A stretch of 64,000 nucleotides of DNA, taken from assembly GCA_963844965.1 (NCBI GenBank), contig CAWJQC010000004.1, positions 41,609 through 105,608 of the forward strand, in the 5' to 3' direction. The translations under genes were made by a program, and so were the position numbers. The DNA comes from an uncultured bacterium (lineage in GTDB: Bacteria; Patescibacteriota; Minisyncoccia; UBA6257; 2-01-FULL-56-20). Shown here piece by piece: positions 35,423 through 44,829 of this stretch. The stretch's first letter is position 1, and each line of letters opens with the position of its first letter. Under the pieces are notes generated by a model. It made no database searches. It saw only the letters and a program-made list of their open reading frames with translations, and was not told the DNA's origin.

Positions 35423-36814
35423 TTACTGCTGGCATGCCTGGCCCGTCAGCCACGGTCCACTCGTGGCGTTGGGATCGTATGGCACGAGCGGCACTACGCA
35501 CGACCAGGAAAGGCCAGTGGATTTGAGCACGATTTTGCTATCGCTTCGGTCCGTTATTACGCTACGCAGTCCGATGGTAATTGTCGGGTCAACGCCGGAA
35601 ATGCCCATGCGGTGCACCCCCAATATTTCAATCGGGAGCATTCTCTGGGTGGTTGGTCCTAATGGGAAGGAAAACGGAACGTTAATGTTCTCTCCGCTGT
35701 GCGTGAAGGGAATAGATGGGTCAGCCGCCAGATTTTCCAGGTGATAATCGGTTGACGGATCATCAGCTACGCGCAAAACCAGCGGCGAATCGGCGACATT
35801 CAAAGCCGTGTAAGAAATATCAACGTTTAGTCCGGTAATCGTAATCTGGTTGGAATCTATATTGTTGAAAACAAGACCACCATTGTCCGTACTTTCCTGA
35901 AGCACGGTGCTCATGGCCGACGGCGAAGTGACGATCAGTTGGCCGGGGTCGGTCGTAAAGGAAAAATTTTTGGACTGAACCCGCTGGTCGTTTCCGGAAG
36001 TCTGAGCCAAACCGATGGCACAAGCGTATGAAGTTCTCACATCGAACATCGGATTTTGGTCGGTATCGTCGGAAGACGGGATATTCGGCGGCGGATTGCA
36101 GGAGAACGAAACGAAAAAACGCGGCACCGAACCGCTGCCGCCGATGGAAGTTTCGTCCAAACCCCATATTACACTGCTTTTTGTGCCTGCGAACGTGGTA
36201 AATTTTGCTTCGTATGGGCCGTCAAACCGTTCGTTCAAAGAAAGCGTGGTGGCGTCCAAAAACGTCCGCGCCGTAATTACCGCCGGGACGGAAGCGGCGG
36301 CTGTTGTCGGGGTCGTAGCGGATTTTGCCTGCGCTCCGGCCTTTTTACTTGTAGTTTTCCCACCGGACTGGGTGGTCGCGGCGGCCGTCGTGGCGGTCGT
36401 TGTGGAAAACGGCACATCCACGCTTGGCAATAGTCCCGCCACAATCTCCGTCTGTGCATCCAAACTCGCGACGCTTGAGGTGGCAACGCTTGAAGTAGCC
36501 GTGGAAGTTGAGAACGCAATAACACTTTGCATCATGGCAATCTCTTTCGGGACGCCTACTGCCATGCCCAGGCGTGCCTGCATGCCCATAACTTCAATCG
36601 TCTGTTTATAGGAAACAATTTCCGTCAAAGTTTTCGCCGCGAAAACTCCTCCGAAGAGGATTGCCGCGAGCCCGACAAGAAAAGGAACTCTCGTGCTGAA
36701 CAACTTCAAGATTTTTCCGGAGATATTTCCGCCGCCCAAAAAAATGGCCTTGAAGCCGCCGGGTCTGGCGGGCTTTTCACGGCGCACAATATCTTGTACG
36801 CGCCTGTTATTCAT
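35423..36814 (-). CDS. hypothetical secreted/anchored protein with a Thr/Ser/Ala-rich linker
   Basis: 463 aa. It has an N-terminal TM helix (VPFLVGLAAILFGGVFAA), low-complexity SSVATSSVAS..TTTATTAAATTQ, then a beta-rich C-terminal region. Confidence 0.5.
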   Translation of the reverse strand: MNNRRVQDIVRREKPARPGGFKAIFLGGGNISGKILKLFSTRVPFLVGLAAILFGGVFAAKTLTEIVSYKQTIEVMGMQARLGMAVGVPKEIAMMQSVIAFSTSTATSSVATSSVASLDAQTEIVAGLLPSVDVPFSTTTATTAAATTQSGGKTTSKKAGAQAKSATTPTTAAASVPAVITARTFLDATTLSLNERFDGPYEAKFTTFAGTKSSVIWGLDETSIGGSGSVPRFFVSFSCNPPPNIPSSDDTDQNPMFDVRTSYACAIGLAQTSGNDQRVQSKNFSFTTDPGQLIVTSPSAMSTVLQESTDNGGLVFNNIDSNQITITGLNVDISYTALNVADSPLVLRVADDPSTDYHLENLAADPSIPFTHSGENINVPFSFPLGPTTQRMLPIEILGVHRMGISGVDPTITIGLRSVITDRSDSKIVLKSTGLSWSCVVPLVPYDPNATSGPWLTGQACQQ

Positions 36815-37023
36815 TTGACGTATTGTTATATATTACCTCAGGACGCGTGGGGATTCAAACGTAGGCAAAATCGCAGTTTTGTTGCGGCAGGGCAAATCAC
36901 CCGGAGCGCTGAAGGATTAAAAAACAAAGCCGCAACCACGACTGTTCACTTTTTATGAACAATCATTTTATCGCTTGTTAAAAATTGAAACTGCCGACCG
37001 TGGATACAAAAATCTTTCAAAAG

Positions 37024-37064
37024 CCCGAAAAGAAAACACCCCGAAAACGAATTGGCTTTCGGGG
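37024..37064 (-). terminator. intrinsic terminator
   Basis: The minus strand reads CCCCGAAAgccaattcgTTTTCGGGGTGTTTTCTTTT. Confidence 0.65.
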
Positions 37065-37109
37065 CGACTTGTTAGAAAAAAACAGGAGTCAGGATTCTAT
37101 TCTCTGGTT

Positions 37110-37554
37110 TCAATTGAGGCCCGTTGCGGCAAGAAGTGTGCGGCGAATCACCGAATCGTGTCCCATCTCATTGTATGTGGCCGCCTCTATACGCCTCTCC
37201 AAAACAGCAGGAAGCCCAAGTATTTCTTTCTTGACCTCCCGTTCGGCAGAGCTCGCCACACCTTCCGTAATCATCGCGTATACCGCAGTCAACGGATAGT
37301 AGTCATTTTCCGCGGTGATGATGACACCGAGCGGCGTCAGCTTCCATCGGTGGGGTCTTTGCGCAGATACTCAAGAATACGCTGTAGTCGTAGATATCGC
37401 GCCCCAACAGTGCGCCGAAGAACAGCAACAAAACACCCTGAATTCCTACGACCACGTGATGACCTTGTATTTGATCTTTTGAAAAAAGAGCGAAAGCGGT
37501 GCATATTCCACCAAACACCAGCAGCACGACAAGCGATGGCTTAGCGCCCTTCAT
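37110..37554 (-). CDS. hypothetical membrane protein, probably one gene split by a frameshift near 37290-37330
   Basis: The 83-aa ORF (2 TM helices) ends where a second frame stays open (..KLTPLGVIITAENDYYPLTAVYAMITEGVASSAEREVKK..) and runs on to 37110. Confidence 0.35.
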
Positions 37555-37826
37555 ATACCCCCCCTTCCTCTTTTTTATCTTTGGCCTATCCAGCTGGCCT
37601 CAACCTAACACAGCGAAAGTTATTAGTCAAATGCGGCGGCTTTTTATAACTTGCGCGCTGATCACGGCAAAAATCTGCCGCCGGCCGGGAATGCGGGGGT
37701 TTAAACGAGGTCCAGCTGGTCCTCGGCCACAGGGTTTTAGAAAACCAATTCAAAACTGCCCTTTCCTGCGCTTCGCCGAAGGCTTCGGCAAGGCGAGCGG
37801 GCGGTGGTGAAAAAAATTACCTAGTT

Positions 37827-38174
37827 CTATTTGCCGTCGGCGCTGCTGGCCGGAAACTCGGAAGACGCGTCTCCGTCGTTCATCCATTGCCAAATTTCGG
37901 CTCGGCGCTTTTCGGCGCCGGGAAACACGTCATCGGGTATGGCAATACGCCGCAATTCTTCTTCGGTCAAGCTGCTGAGGTTAACCGACGAGGGGTCTTT
38001 GCCTAAAAGAGATTTGAGCGTTTTAAGGCTCGCTTTTATCCGTTTCGGGGCGAGAGCGTCCTTATTCCACAACTCTGAATCTTTTCTAATTGCGTCCAAA
38101 TTTTCGTGCGCCAGGGCGATCCTGTCGTTCCTGGAGAGTTCGTTCCCGCCAATCTTATCTGCAGGTTCTGGCAT
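37827..38174 (-). CDS. hypothetical protein
   Basis: A 115 aa ORF directly downstream of the rpsJ terminator. No family recognised. Confidence 0.4.
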   Translation of the reverse strand: MPEPADKIGGNELSRNDRIALAHENLDAIRKDSELWNKDALAPKRIKASLKTLKSLLGKDPSSVNLSSLTEEELRRIAIPDDVFPGAEKRRAEIWQWMNDGDASSEFPASSADGK

Positions 38175-38232
38175 AAATTTATATTACAACAATTTAATTT
38201 CTAAGTCCAAGCCCTGAATTAACAGAGAAATT

Positions 38233-38255
38233 CAAAACCGCCTTTTCGGGCGGCT
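38233..38255 (-). terminator. intrinsic terminator after rpsJ
   Basis: The minus strand reads GCCGCCCGAAAAGGCGGTTTTGAATTT, preceded by GCGCGGAACTACGCGGAATTACGCAGAAAC word repeats. Confidence 0.65.
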
Positions 38256-38287
38256 TTGTTTCTGCGTAATTCCGCGTAGTTCCGCGC

Positions 38288-38618
38288 TTAGACCATTTTG
38301 ATTTCCACATCTACGCCAGCCGGTAAATTCAGATTGCTCAGCGATTCCACGATTTTCTGACTGGGATTCAGTATTTCCACGAGGCGCTTGTGGACGCGGA
38401 GCTCAAACTGCTCGCGCGAGTCCTTGTGGACGAATGTTGAACGATTTACGGTGTAGCGCTTAATCTCGGTCGGCAGCGGAATCGGCCCTACGATGCGCGC
38501 GTCCTGCCTCTCGGCGGCTTCAATAATTTGCCGCGCCGAATTATCAATCAGCTTGTGATCTGTATGACTTGATTCTCAGCCTGATTTTTTGCGGAAGGTC
38601 CGCTACTTTTTTGGCCAT
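38288..38618 (-). CDS. rpsJ: 30S ribosomal protein S10, interrupted by a +1 base near 38558-38565
   Basis: [19 protein letters not shown] then a stop. Deleting one base in tcatacAgatcac restores [63 protein letters not shown]...VDVEIKMV*. Confidence 0.88.
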
Positions 38619-38627
38619 TATTTTTTC

Positions 38628-38948
38628 CTATTGAGGGAATTCATCCGGATGTTCGTCCTCGTATTTTTCAAGAAGTCCGTTGTACAGATTTATATCCCTT
38701 TCGAGTTTGGAGCAGGATTCAAGCTCCCAGTGCCCGATATCCCCTTGACGGGACGCCGCTGGCTCGCCACTTCCGCAAATTGGCTCTCTAATCGCTTAAC
38801 CAGGGCTTTCAGTTTTTCGTAGTCCTCGTGATTTTGAGGCGGATTTTTCAACCAGCTCCTGTTGTCAAAGTTAGTTTCTTTTTCCTCACCAAGCTAATTT
38901 TGGATTCACTGCGATTTTTTTCACCCATATTATTTCAGTATCTTAGTC
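38628..38948 (-). CDS. hypothetical ~106 aa protein inserted between tuf and rpsJ (two compensating frameshifts)
   Basis: Three consecutive frame pieces read [17 protein letters not shown].. / [44 protein letters not shown] / [35 protein letters not shown]. The start lies 1 nt after the tuf stop. Confidence 0.35.
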
Positions 38949-38949
38949 A

Positions 38950-40132
38950 CCGCTCCTGCGCCGACCGTCTTGCCGCCTTCGCGGATGGCAAAACGCTGTT
39001 TTTCTTCAAGCGCGACCGGGAAATGAGTTTCACGGTGAGTTTAACGGTGTCGCCCGGCATGACCATTTCCATGCCTGCCGGCAAGGGTCACTTCGCCCGT
39101 AACATCGGTCGTCCTGATATAGAACTGCGGCTTGTAGCCGTTGAAGAACGGCGAGTGGCGGCCGCCTTCCTCTTTTGAAAGCACGTAAACCTCGCGCTCG
39201 AATTCCGTGTGCGGCGTGACGCTGCCCGGCTTCGCGACAACCTGCCCGCGCTCCACGTCTTCTTTCTTCAGGCCGCGGAGCAGAACGCCGACGTTGTCGC
39301 CCGCCATGCCTTCGTCCAAGAGTCTTATTGAACATTTCAATGCCCGTGACGACGGTCTTCTGCCGTCGGCCTGCAGGCCGACGATCTCCACTTCTTCGTT
39401 CACTTTCACCTTGCCGCGCTCCACGCGGCCGGTCACGACCGTGCCGCGTCCTTCAATCGAGAAGATGTCTTCGATCGGCATAAGGAACGGCTTGTCGAAG
39501 TCGCGGACCGGATCGGGAATGAATGTCATCCACCGCTTTGATAAGGTCCAAGATCGGTTTCGCGTCCGGGTCGTCGGCGATTTCGCGGCCAACGCTTTCA
39601 AAGCCGAACCGCGGATGATCGGAGTCGTGTCGCCCGGGAATTCGTATTTCTTCAAAAGCTCGCGGACTTCGGACTCAACGAGATCAATGAGTTCCGGATC
39701 GTCCACCTGATCGCACTTATTAAGAAACACGACGATGGTCGGCACGCCGACCTGGCGGGCAAGCAAAATGTGCTCGCGCGTCTGCGGCATCGGGCCGTCG
39801 GTCGCGGCGACGACCAAAATCGCGCCGTCCATCTGCGCGGCGCCCGTGATCATGTTCTTGATATAGTCGGCGTGTCCCGGCGCGTCAATGTGCGCGTAGT
39901 GGCGCTTCTCGGATTCGTACTCCGAATGGTGCAGGGCGATCGTGATGCCGCGCGCCTTTTCCTCCGGAGCGTTGTCAATTTGGTCCACTCTCTCTTCTTT
40001 CTTCGTCAGACCCTTCAAATGCAAAACGTGCATAATCGCGGCGGTCAGGGTCGTCTTGCCGTGGTCAACGTGGCCGATCGTGCCGATGTTCATGTGCGGC
40101 TTGGCCCGGTAGAATTTTTCTTTTTCAGCCAT
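38950..40132 (-). CDS. tuf: elongation factor Tu, with four apparent single-base indels
   Basis: The N-terminus is canonical ([53 protein letters not shown]). A compensating pair near 39515-39527 and 39585-39600 scrambles [21 protein letters not shown]. Two more, near 39075-39085 and 39015-39020, break the C-terminus (..[20 protein letters not shown] / [29 protein letters not shown]). Confidence 0.88.
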
Positions 40133-40256
40133 GGTTTTATTATTTTATTTTTATTTATTTTTTTAGTGAGAACCTGGCCTGATGGATATCGCGTATGAAA
40201 AGCCCCAAACCAATCGACCGGGGCCGCGAACACATCATCGGACCTTATAATGCTAG

Positions 40257-40286
40257 ATTATATACCATTCCCCCAACTGCTGTCAA
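40257..40286 (-). promoter_or_regulatory. near-consensus sigma70 promoter upstream of tuf
   Basis: The minus strand reads TTGACA, an 18 nt spacer, then TATAAT, about 125 nt upstream of the tuf ATG. Confidence 0.6.
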
Positions 40287-40443
40287 TTGCCATTGTGGAA
40301 TGATTGTGGACGGCGAAAGGGGGCAGGATTTGGACAAATCATAGATAGATAGCATGAATTAATTTATTACTTATTAACGGATTAACGAATTGCGAATTGA
40401 ATCCGATGCGTTAATACGTTAATTCGTTAATTTTAATAGAATA

Positions 40444-40486
40444 AAAAACCCGCCGACGCTTACACCTAACGCGCGGCGGGCTCGTT
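40444..40486 (-). terminator. intrinsic terminator after the 40493..41296 gene
   Basis: The minus strand reads CCCGCCGcgcgttaggtgtaagcgtCGGCGGGTTTTTTAT. Confidence 0.7.
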
Positions 40487-40492
40487 CAAGAC

Positions 40493-41296
40493 TCATTTCC
40501 CTAGAGCGGAAAACGCCTCGTTGCCGGGATACTTTCTATGAAGGTAATCGTGGATATTAGCTTTGTCATCTGCGGTATATTGGCAGGCGTTTTTCTTGTC
40601 CGTGATTATCTTCAAAATCACGAACCAAACGTCGTCGGCGTACATACCGCCGTCCAGAGCCACCGATTCGAATATTAATTCCCGGCCGCGATAGTCGTTG
40701 TTCGGAATGCCGAACAGTGTTGTCACCACGGGATGCGACGACGCCCTATAGTTCGTAAGGCCGAGAAGGAATTTCGCGCCACGGTACTTTGAGGCGGAAG
40801 CGACGGCAACGGCGGACTGCAAGGTGTTTTTTGCCGCCCACCACGAGCCGCAGCCATACAACAGAACTGCCTTGGTATATAGAAGATTCGCCTCTACATA
40901 CTGATAAAAATCAATCTGCTTGCCGTTTCCTATTTTCTTATCAGCCTTGTTGATGCCCACATCAAGCAGCTTGAAAAAATCCGCGCGCGGGCCGTCCTCC
41001 AATTTAGGCGCGTCCTTTTTTTGTTCGTGCCGAAGCCGGAAAAGCCAGCTCAAAGATAGCCGCAGTTCACCGACGGGATCGTCCGGCTCCATTTCCGCGT
41101 ATTTTCTGAACTTGGCGTCGGCGCAGTTATAATCGCTGTTGTAAAAACAATTCAGGCCCGCCTCAAGCACAGCACGGCTCTCGGGCCTCATCTCACGGTC
41201 CGAGATAGAATCCGCAGAAAAAACCGGGGCAGCCGAACCCGAGAAGAGACACACCGACATAAAAAAGATGAGCATCCTCGTTCTCTTCGCGCCCAT
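40493..41296 (-). CDS. hypothetical secreted protein inserted between fusA and tuf
   Basis: 267 aa with signal peptide MLIFFMSVCLFSGSAAPVFSA. It has its own terminator. No family recognised. Confidence 0.5.
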   Translation of the reverse strand: MGAKRTRMLIFFMSVCLFSGSAAPVFSADSISDREMRPESRAVLEAGLNCFYNSDYNCADAKFRKYAEMEPDDPVGELRLSLSWLFRLRHEQKKDAPKLEDGPRADFFKLLDVGINKADKKIGNGKQIDFYQYVEANLLYTKAVLLYGCGSWWAAKNTLQSAVAVASASKYRGAKFLLGLTNYRASSHPVVTTLFGIPNNDYRGRELIFESVALDGGMYADDVWFVILKIITDKKNACQYTADDKANIHDYLHRKYPGNEAFSALGK

Positions 41297-41436
41297 TTTT
41301 CTCCTTTCAACGGCAAAATTTCAACGCAAGCCCATCAGCTACGAAGCATTATACGGAAATACTTCATAAAAGTCAAACAAATTGCCAAATTGCCCCGAGG
41401 GCGCAAGAGAACGCGACCAGGATCTCCGGCAAAAAA

Positions 41437-43541
41437 TTACCGTTTTTTGCCTTCGATAATCAACTGCGCAATGTTCTGCGGCACTGGCTCATAATGGTCA
41501 AATTCCATCGTGAACGCTCCCCTGCCTTGCGTCATGGAACGCAACTCGGTCGCGTAGCCGAACATTTCCGCGAGCGGAACTTTGGCGTCAATCACTTTCA
41601 CGTTGGGCCGGTCGGAAATTTCCTCAATCCTGCCGCGCTTGGAGTTCAAGTTGCCGCTCACCTCGCCCAAAAATTCTATCGGGATGATAACCTGAAGCTT
41701 CATTATCGGCTCCAATATGACCGGCTTCGCGCGCTTCGCCGCTTCCTGCAGGGCGATGGAGCCAGCAATTTTGAAAGCCGCCTCCGACGAGTCAACTTCA
41801 TGGAAAGAGCCGTCATAGAGCGAAACTTCAAGGTCGGTCATCGGGTAGTGGGCAACGACCCCCTTACTCAATGCTTCCACCACACCTTTTTCCACCGCCG
41901 GGATGAATTCGTTCGGAATGATCCCTCCCTGATATCGTCTATGAAAACAAATCCCTTGCCGCGCTCCAAGGACTTCACGCGCAGCCAGACATGTCCGTAT
42001 TGTCCGCGGCCGCCGGATTGCCTGATATATTTGCCTTCCGCCTCCGCTTCGCCCATAATCGTTTCTTTATAGGCAACCTGCGGCCGCCCCACCGAACCCT
42101 CAACACCGAACTCCCGCTTCATCCTGTCAACAATAATTTCCAGGTGCAACTCGCCCATGCCAGAAATAATCGTCTCGCCAGTTTCCAGGTCGCCCGCCAC
42201 GCGGAAAGTCGGGTCTTCTTCCGCCAAGCGGTGCAGGGCAATGCTCATTTTTTCCTGGTCGGCTTTCGTCTTCGGCTCAATGCGAATGCCGATCACCGGC
42301 TCGGGGAATATGATCTTCTCAAGCACTATCGGCGCGTCGGGACTGCAAAGCGTGTCGCCGGTCGTCGTATTCTTCAAACCGACGATCGCCGCGATATCTC
42401 CGGCATGCACTTCCTCCATTTCTTCGCGGTGGTTGGCGTGCATCCGCACCACGCGGCCGACACGTTCCTGCTGGTCCTTCTTGGAATTCAAAACGTACGT
42501 GCCGCGCTTCAAAACGCCGGAATAATTCCGGAAATAGGTTAAAGTGCCGACGTACGGGTCTGTCGCAACCTTGAAAGCCAGCGCCGAGAACGGCTCTTCG
42601 TCCTTGGGGTGCCGCACGATATCGGCGCCGCTCTTCGGGTCAATGCCCTTAACCGGAGGAAGGTCCGTCGGCGCGGGCAAATATTCCACAACCGAGTCAA
42701 GCATAAATTGCACGCCTTTGTTTTTCAGGGCCGAACCGCAAAGCACCGGCACAATTTTGTTGGCAATAACGGCTTTGCGCAAAACGCGGCGCAAATCTTC
42801 AATGTCAAGCTCAGTACCATCCAAATACTTGGTCATCAAGGCATCGTCATTGTCCACAATGCGTTCCACAAGTTCATGCCGCGCCTTCTTCACGTGCACT
42901 TTCATATTTTCCGGCATCGGAATTTCTGTAATCTTTTCGCCATGTTCACCCTCCGAGCCGTACGCCTTTTCGGTTAAGAGGTCTATCATTCCCACGAATT
43001 CACCCTCAAGGCCGATGTTCAACTGCAAAGGCAGTGCGTTCGGCGTGAGCCGTTCTTTGATTGACTGCAAACTTTTTTCAAAGCTCGCACCCAAGCGGTC
43101 AAGTTTGTTAATAAAGCAAATCCGCGGCACGTGGTACTCATCGGCATAGCGCCAGTTCGTTTCCGACTGCGGCTCAACACCTGCGACGCCATCAAAGACG
43201 ACAACCGCGCCGTCCAAAACGCGGAGCGAACGCTTCACCTCCACCGTAAAGTCAATGTGCCCCGGCGTGTCAATCAAATTTATCATATGCTCAAATTTTT
43301 TGTCGCCCTTGCGGTAAGTCGGAATCCAGAACGCCGTCGTTGCGGCGGAAGTAATCGTAATTCCCCTCTCACGTTCCTGCTCCATCCAATCCATCACCGT
43401 GTCGCCCGTGTGCACCTCGCCGATTTTGTGACTGACGCCCGTATAAAAAAGCACCCGTTCGCTCACGGTGGTTTTGCCGGCATCTATATGGGCGATGATG
43501 CCGATGTTACGGACCTTCTCGACAGGATACATTCTAGGCAT
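41437..43541 (-). CDS. fusA: elongation factor G, split by one frameshift near 41920-41933
   Basis: [35 protein letters not shown]. At ..FIDDIR the frame slips; adding one G in atcaGGGaGGGatc restores [30 protein letters not shown], which joins the two track ORFs. Confidence 0.9.
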
Positions 43542-43695
43542 TGAATTTGAATAAACTTATTTTAATTCTCGCGCATATTGATGCGGGAAAGGGGTCGGGA
43601 AAACGGGAGTTTTCCCGTATAGGAAAAAGGCCGGAGGCCGAGTTAAAAACCGAGAGGTTTTTAAGGAGCGGGTTGCTGTATAGCGACTCGCGACC

Positions 43696-43755
43696 GTCTA
43701 TATGCGCGATTATTCCTATATTTCTTACTTTTTCTACTGGATATTGTCGCGGCAT
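43696..43755 (-). pseudogene. orphan copy of the first 20 codons of fusA
   Basis: [20 protein letters not shown] versus the resident [20 protein letters not shown]. The amino acids are nearly identical but almost every third codon position differs. It lies 8 nt after the stop of the inserted ORF and ~155 nt upstream of the real fusA start. Confidence 0.7.
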
Positions 43756-43763
43756 AAAATAAA

Positions 43764-44150
43764 TTATTTATCTTCTTCAACTTCCGGCAAACCTGTTCCG
43801 CCTCTCACCCCTTGGCCGCCGCTCTCCACGTAAGACATGGTGACATCGAATGCGTTCCGGAGATAAGGAATTTTGGCGGGACTGCTGTTGCCTTCCTCTA
43901 TCTCCGACCAGCTAATTTTGCCTTTTTCCAAAAGAGCGCTCAGAACTTCTATTTTTGATTTGGTGCCGAAATCCAAAACCGTTTCCGGTGGTGCATAAGC
44001 GATGTTTTTACCCTGCCGAAGCGCTTCCAATTCGTGGCGTTTCGCTCGTTCCTTATATTCTTCCAATTTTAATCGCAATTGCTTTACGCGCCGTCCGTCA
44101 GTAGGCAAAACTATCTCTAAACCACTTTTTTCGGCTTCCGGACCTTTCAT
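43764..44150 (-). CDS. hypothetical protein inserted between rpsG and fusA
   Basis: 128 aa and charged (LRLKLEEYKERAKRHELEALRQGK...). It is flanked tightly by the rpsG-3' and fusA-5' remnants. Confidence 0.5.
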   Translation of the reverse strand: MKGPEAEKSGLEIVLPTDGRRVKQLRLKLEEYKERAKRHELEALRQGKNIAYAPPETVLDFGTKSKIEVLSALLEKGKISWSEIEEGNSSPAKIPYLRNAFDVTMSYVESGGQGVRGGTGLPEVEEDK

Positions 44151-44162
44151 CGTGGCAAATAA

Positions 44163-44201
44163 TTACCGGGCGAAGTGCGCGAATGCCCTGTTCGCTTCCG
44201 C
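44163..44201 (-). pseudogene. orphan copy of the last 12 codons plus stop of rpsG
   Basis: gcg gaa gcg aac agg gca ttc gcg cac ttc gcc cgg taa encodes [12 protein letters not shown], identical in protein to the end of the resident rpsG but different at most third positions. It lies 12 nt upstream of the inserted ORF start. Confidence 0.7.
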
Positions 44202-44278
44202 CCCCGCACCAAAGCTACGCTTGGTACGGGACTCCGCCTCTTCTAAATATCTTAAATTAAGGTGGCTACGCATTCTGT

Positions 44279-44746
44279 TTATCTGGCAAAGTGTGCAAAG
44301 GCACGATTAGCCTCAGCCATCCGGTGCATATCTAACTTCTTTTTGATTGCCGCGCCTTCATTCTTGGAAGCGGCAATGATTTCTTCCGCCAATTTGTCGG
44401 CCATGGGCTTGCCTTTGCGGCTGCGCGCAGTGCCGATTATCCAGCGGATTGCCAAAATAAACCTGCGTTCGGGGCGCACTTCAATCGGCACTTGATAGTT
44501 CGCGCCGCCGACCCGCCGCGATTTCACCTCCAATAAAGGCGAGGCGTTTTCAACGGCTTTCTCAAAAACCTTCAGGGAATCTTCTTTCGTGATTTCTTTC
44601 ACTTTATCAAACGCGTCATAGACAATTTTTTCGGCAATTGATTTCTTGCCGTCGCGCATCACGTAATTAATAAAACGCTCCACGTCTATGCGCTCATGCT
44701 TTATGTCCGGCTTGTGATATTTTTTGTAAACTCGTTTTTTGCGCAT
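44279..44746 (-). CDS. rpsG: 30S ribosomal protein S7
   Basis: [22 protein letters not shown]...[23 protein letters not shown]...[13 protein letters not shown]. Confidence 0.95.
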   Translation of the reverse strand: MRKKRVYKKYHKPDIKHERIDVERFINYVMRDGKKSIAEKIVYDAFDKVKEITKEDSLKVFEKAVENASPLLEVKSRRVGGANYQVPIEVRPERRFILAIRWIIGTARSRKGKPMADKLAEEIIAASKNEGAAIKKKLDMHRMAEANRAFAHFAR

Positions 44747-44760
44747 TGTTACATATGGTT

Positions 44761-44817
44761 GTCATTCCGAGCTTTGCGAGGAATCTCATGAGATCCTTCA
44801 CTTCGCTCAGGATGATG
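44761..44817. repeat. palindromic GTCATTCCGAGC...GCTCAGGATGA element (REP/MITE-like) between rpsL and rpsG
   Basis: GTCATTCCGAGCtttGCGAGGAATCTCATGAGATCCTTCacTTCGCTCAGGATGAT is an imperfect hairpin. A related half-copy (GATTCTTCGCATGGCTCAGAATGAC) occurs at ~21995..22020. Confidence 0.55.
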
Positions 44818-44829
44818 CTCTGCGGAGCG

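Noticed and set aside
36015-36611. Plus-strand ORFs (36015..36611, 36056..36433, 36527..36958, 36975..37544) in the rpsJ-rplC island.
   Set aside because: They overlap the longer minus-strand 463-aa ORF or terminator-containing intergenic DNA. Their products are Arg/Gly/Ala-rich shadow translations without start context.
40378-40431. The AT-rich palindromes (ATTAACGAATT ... AATTCGTTAAT, CGGATT..AATCCG, repeated CGTTAAT) upstream of the tuf promoter, considered as an operator or regulatory site.
   Set aside because: They lie ~90-150 bp upstream of the -35 element. They resemble the generic low-complexity intergenic hairpins of this genome, and there is no adjacent regulator gene. The evidence is insufficient for a specific call.
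38288-43541. The frameshifts in tuf, fusA, rpsJ and other genes considered as programmed recoding.
   Set aside because: There are no slippery heptamers or stimulatory structures at the sites. Several sit in simple homopolymers. Four fall in one gene, including a compensating pair that scrambles conserved residues, which fits errors better. Only the IS3 A7G site fits a known recoding signal.
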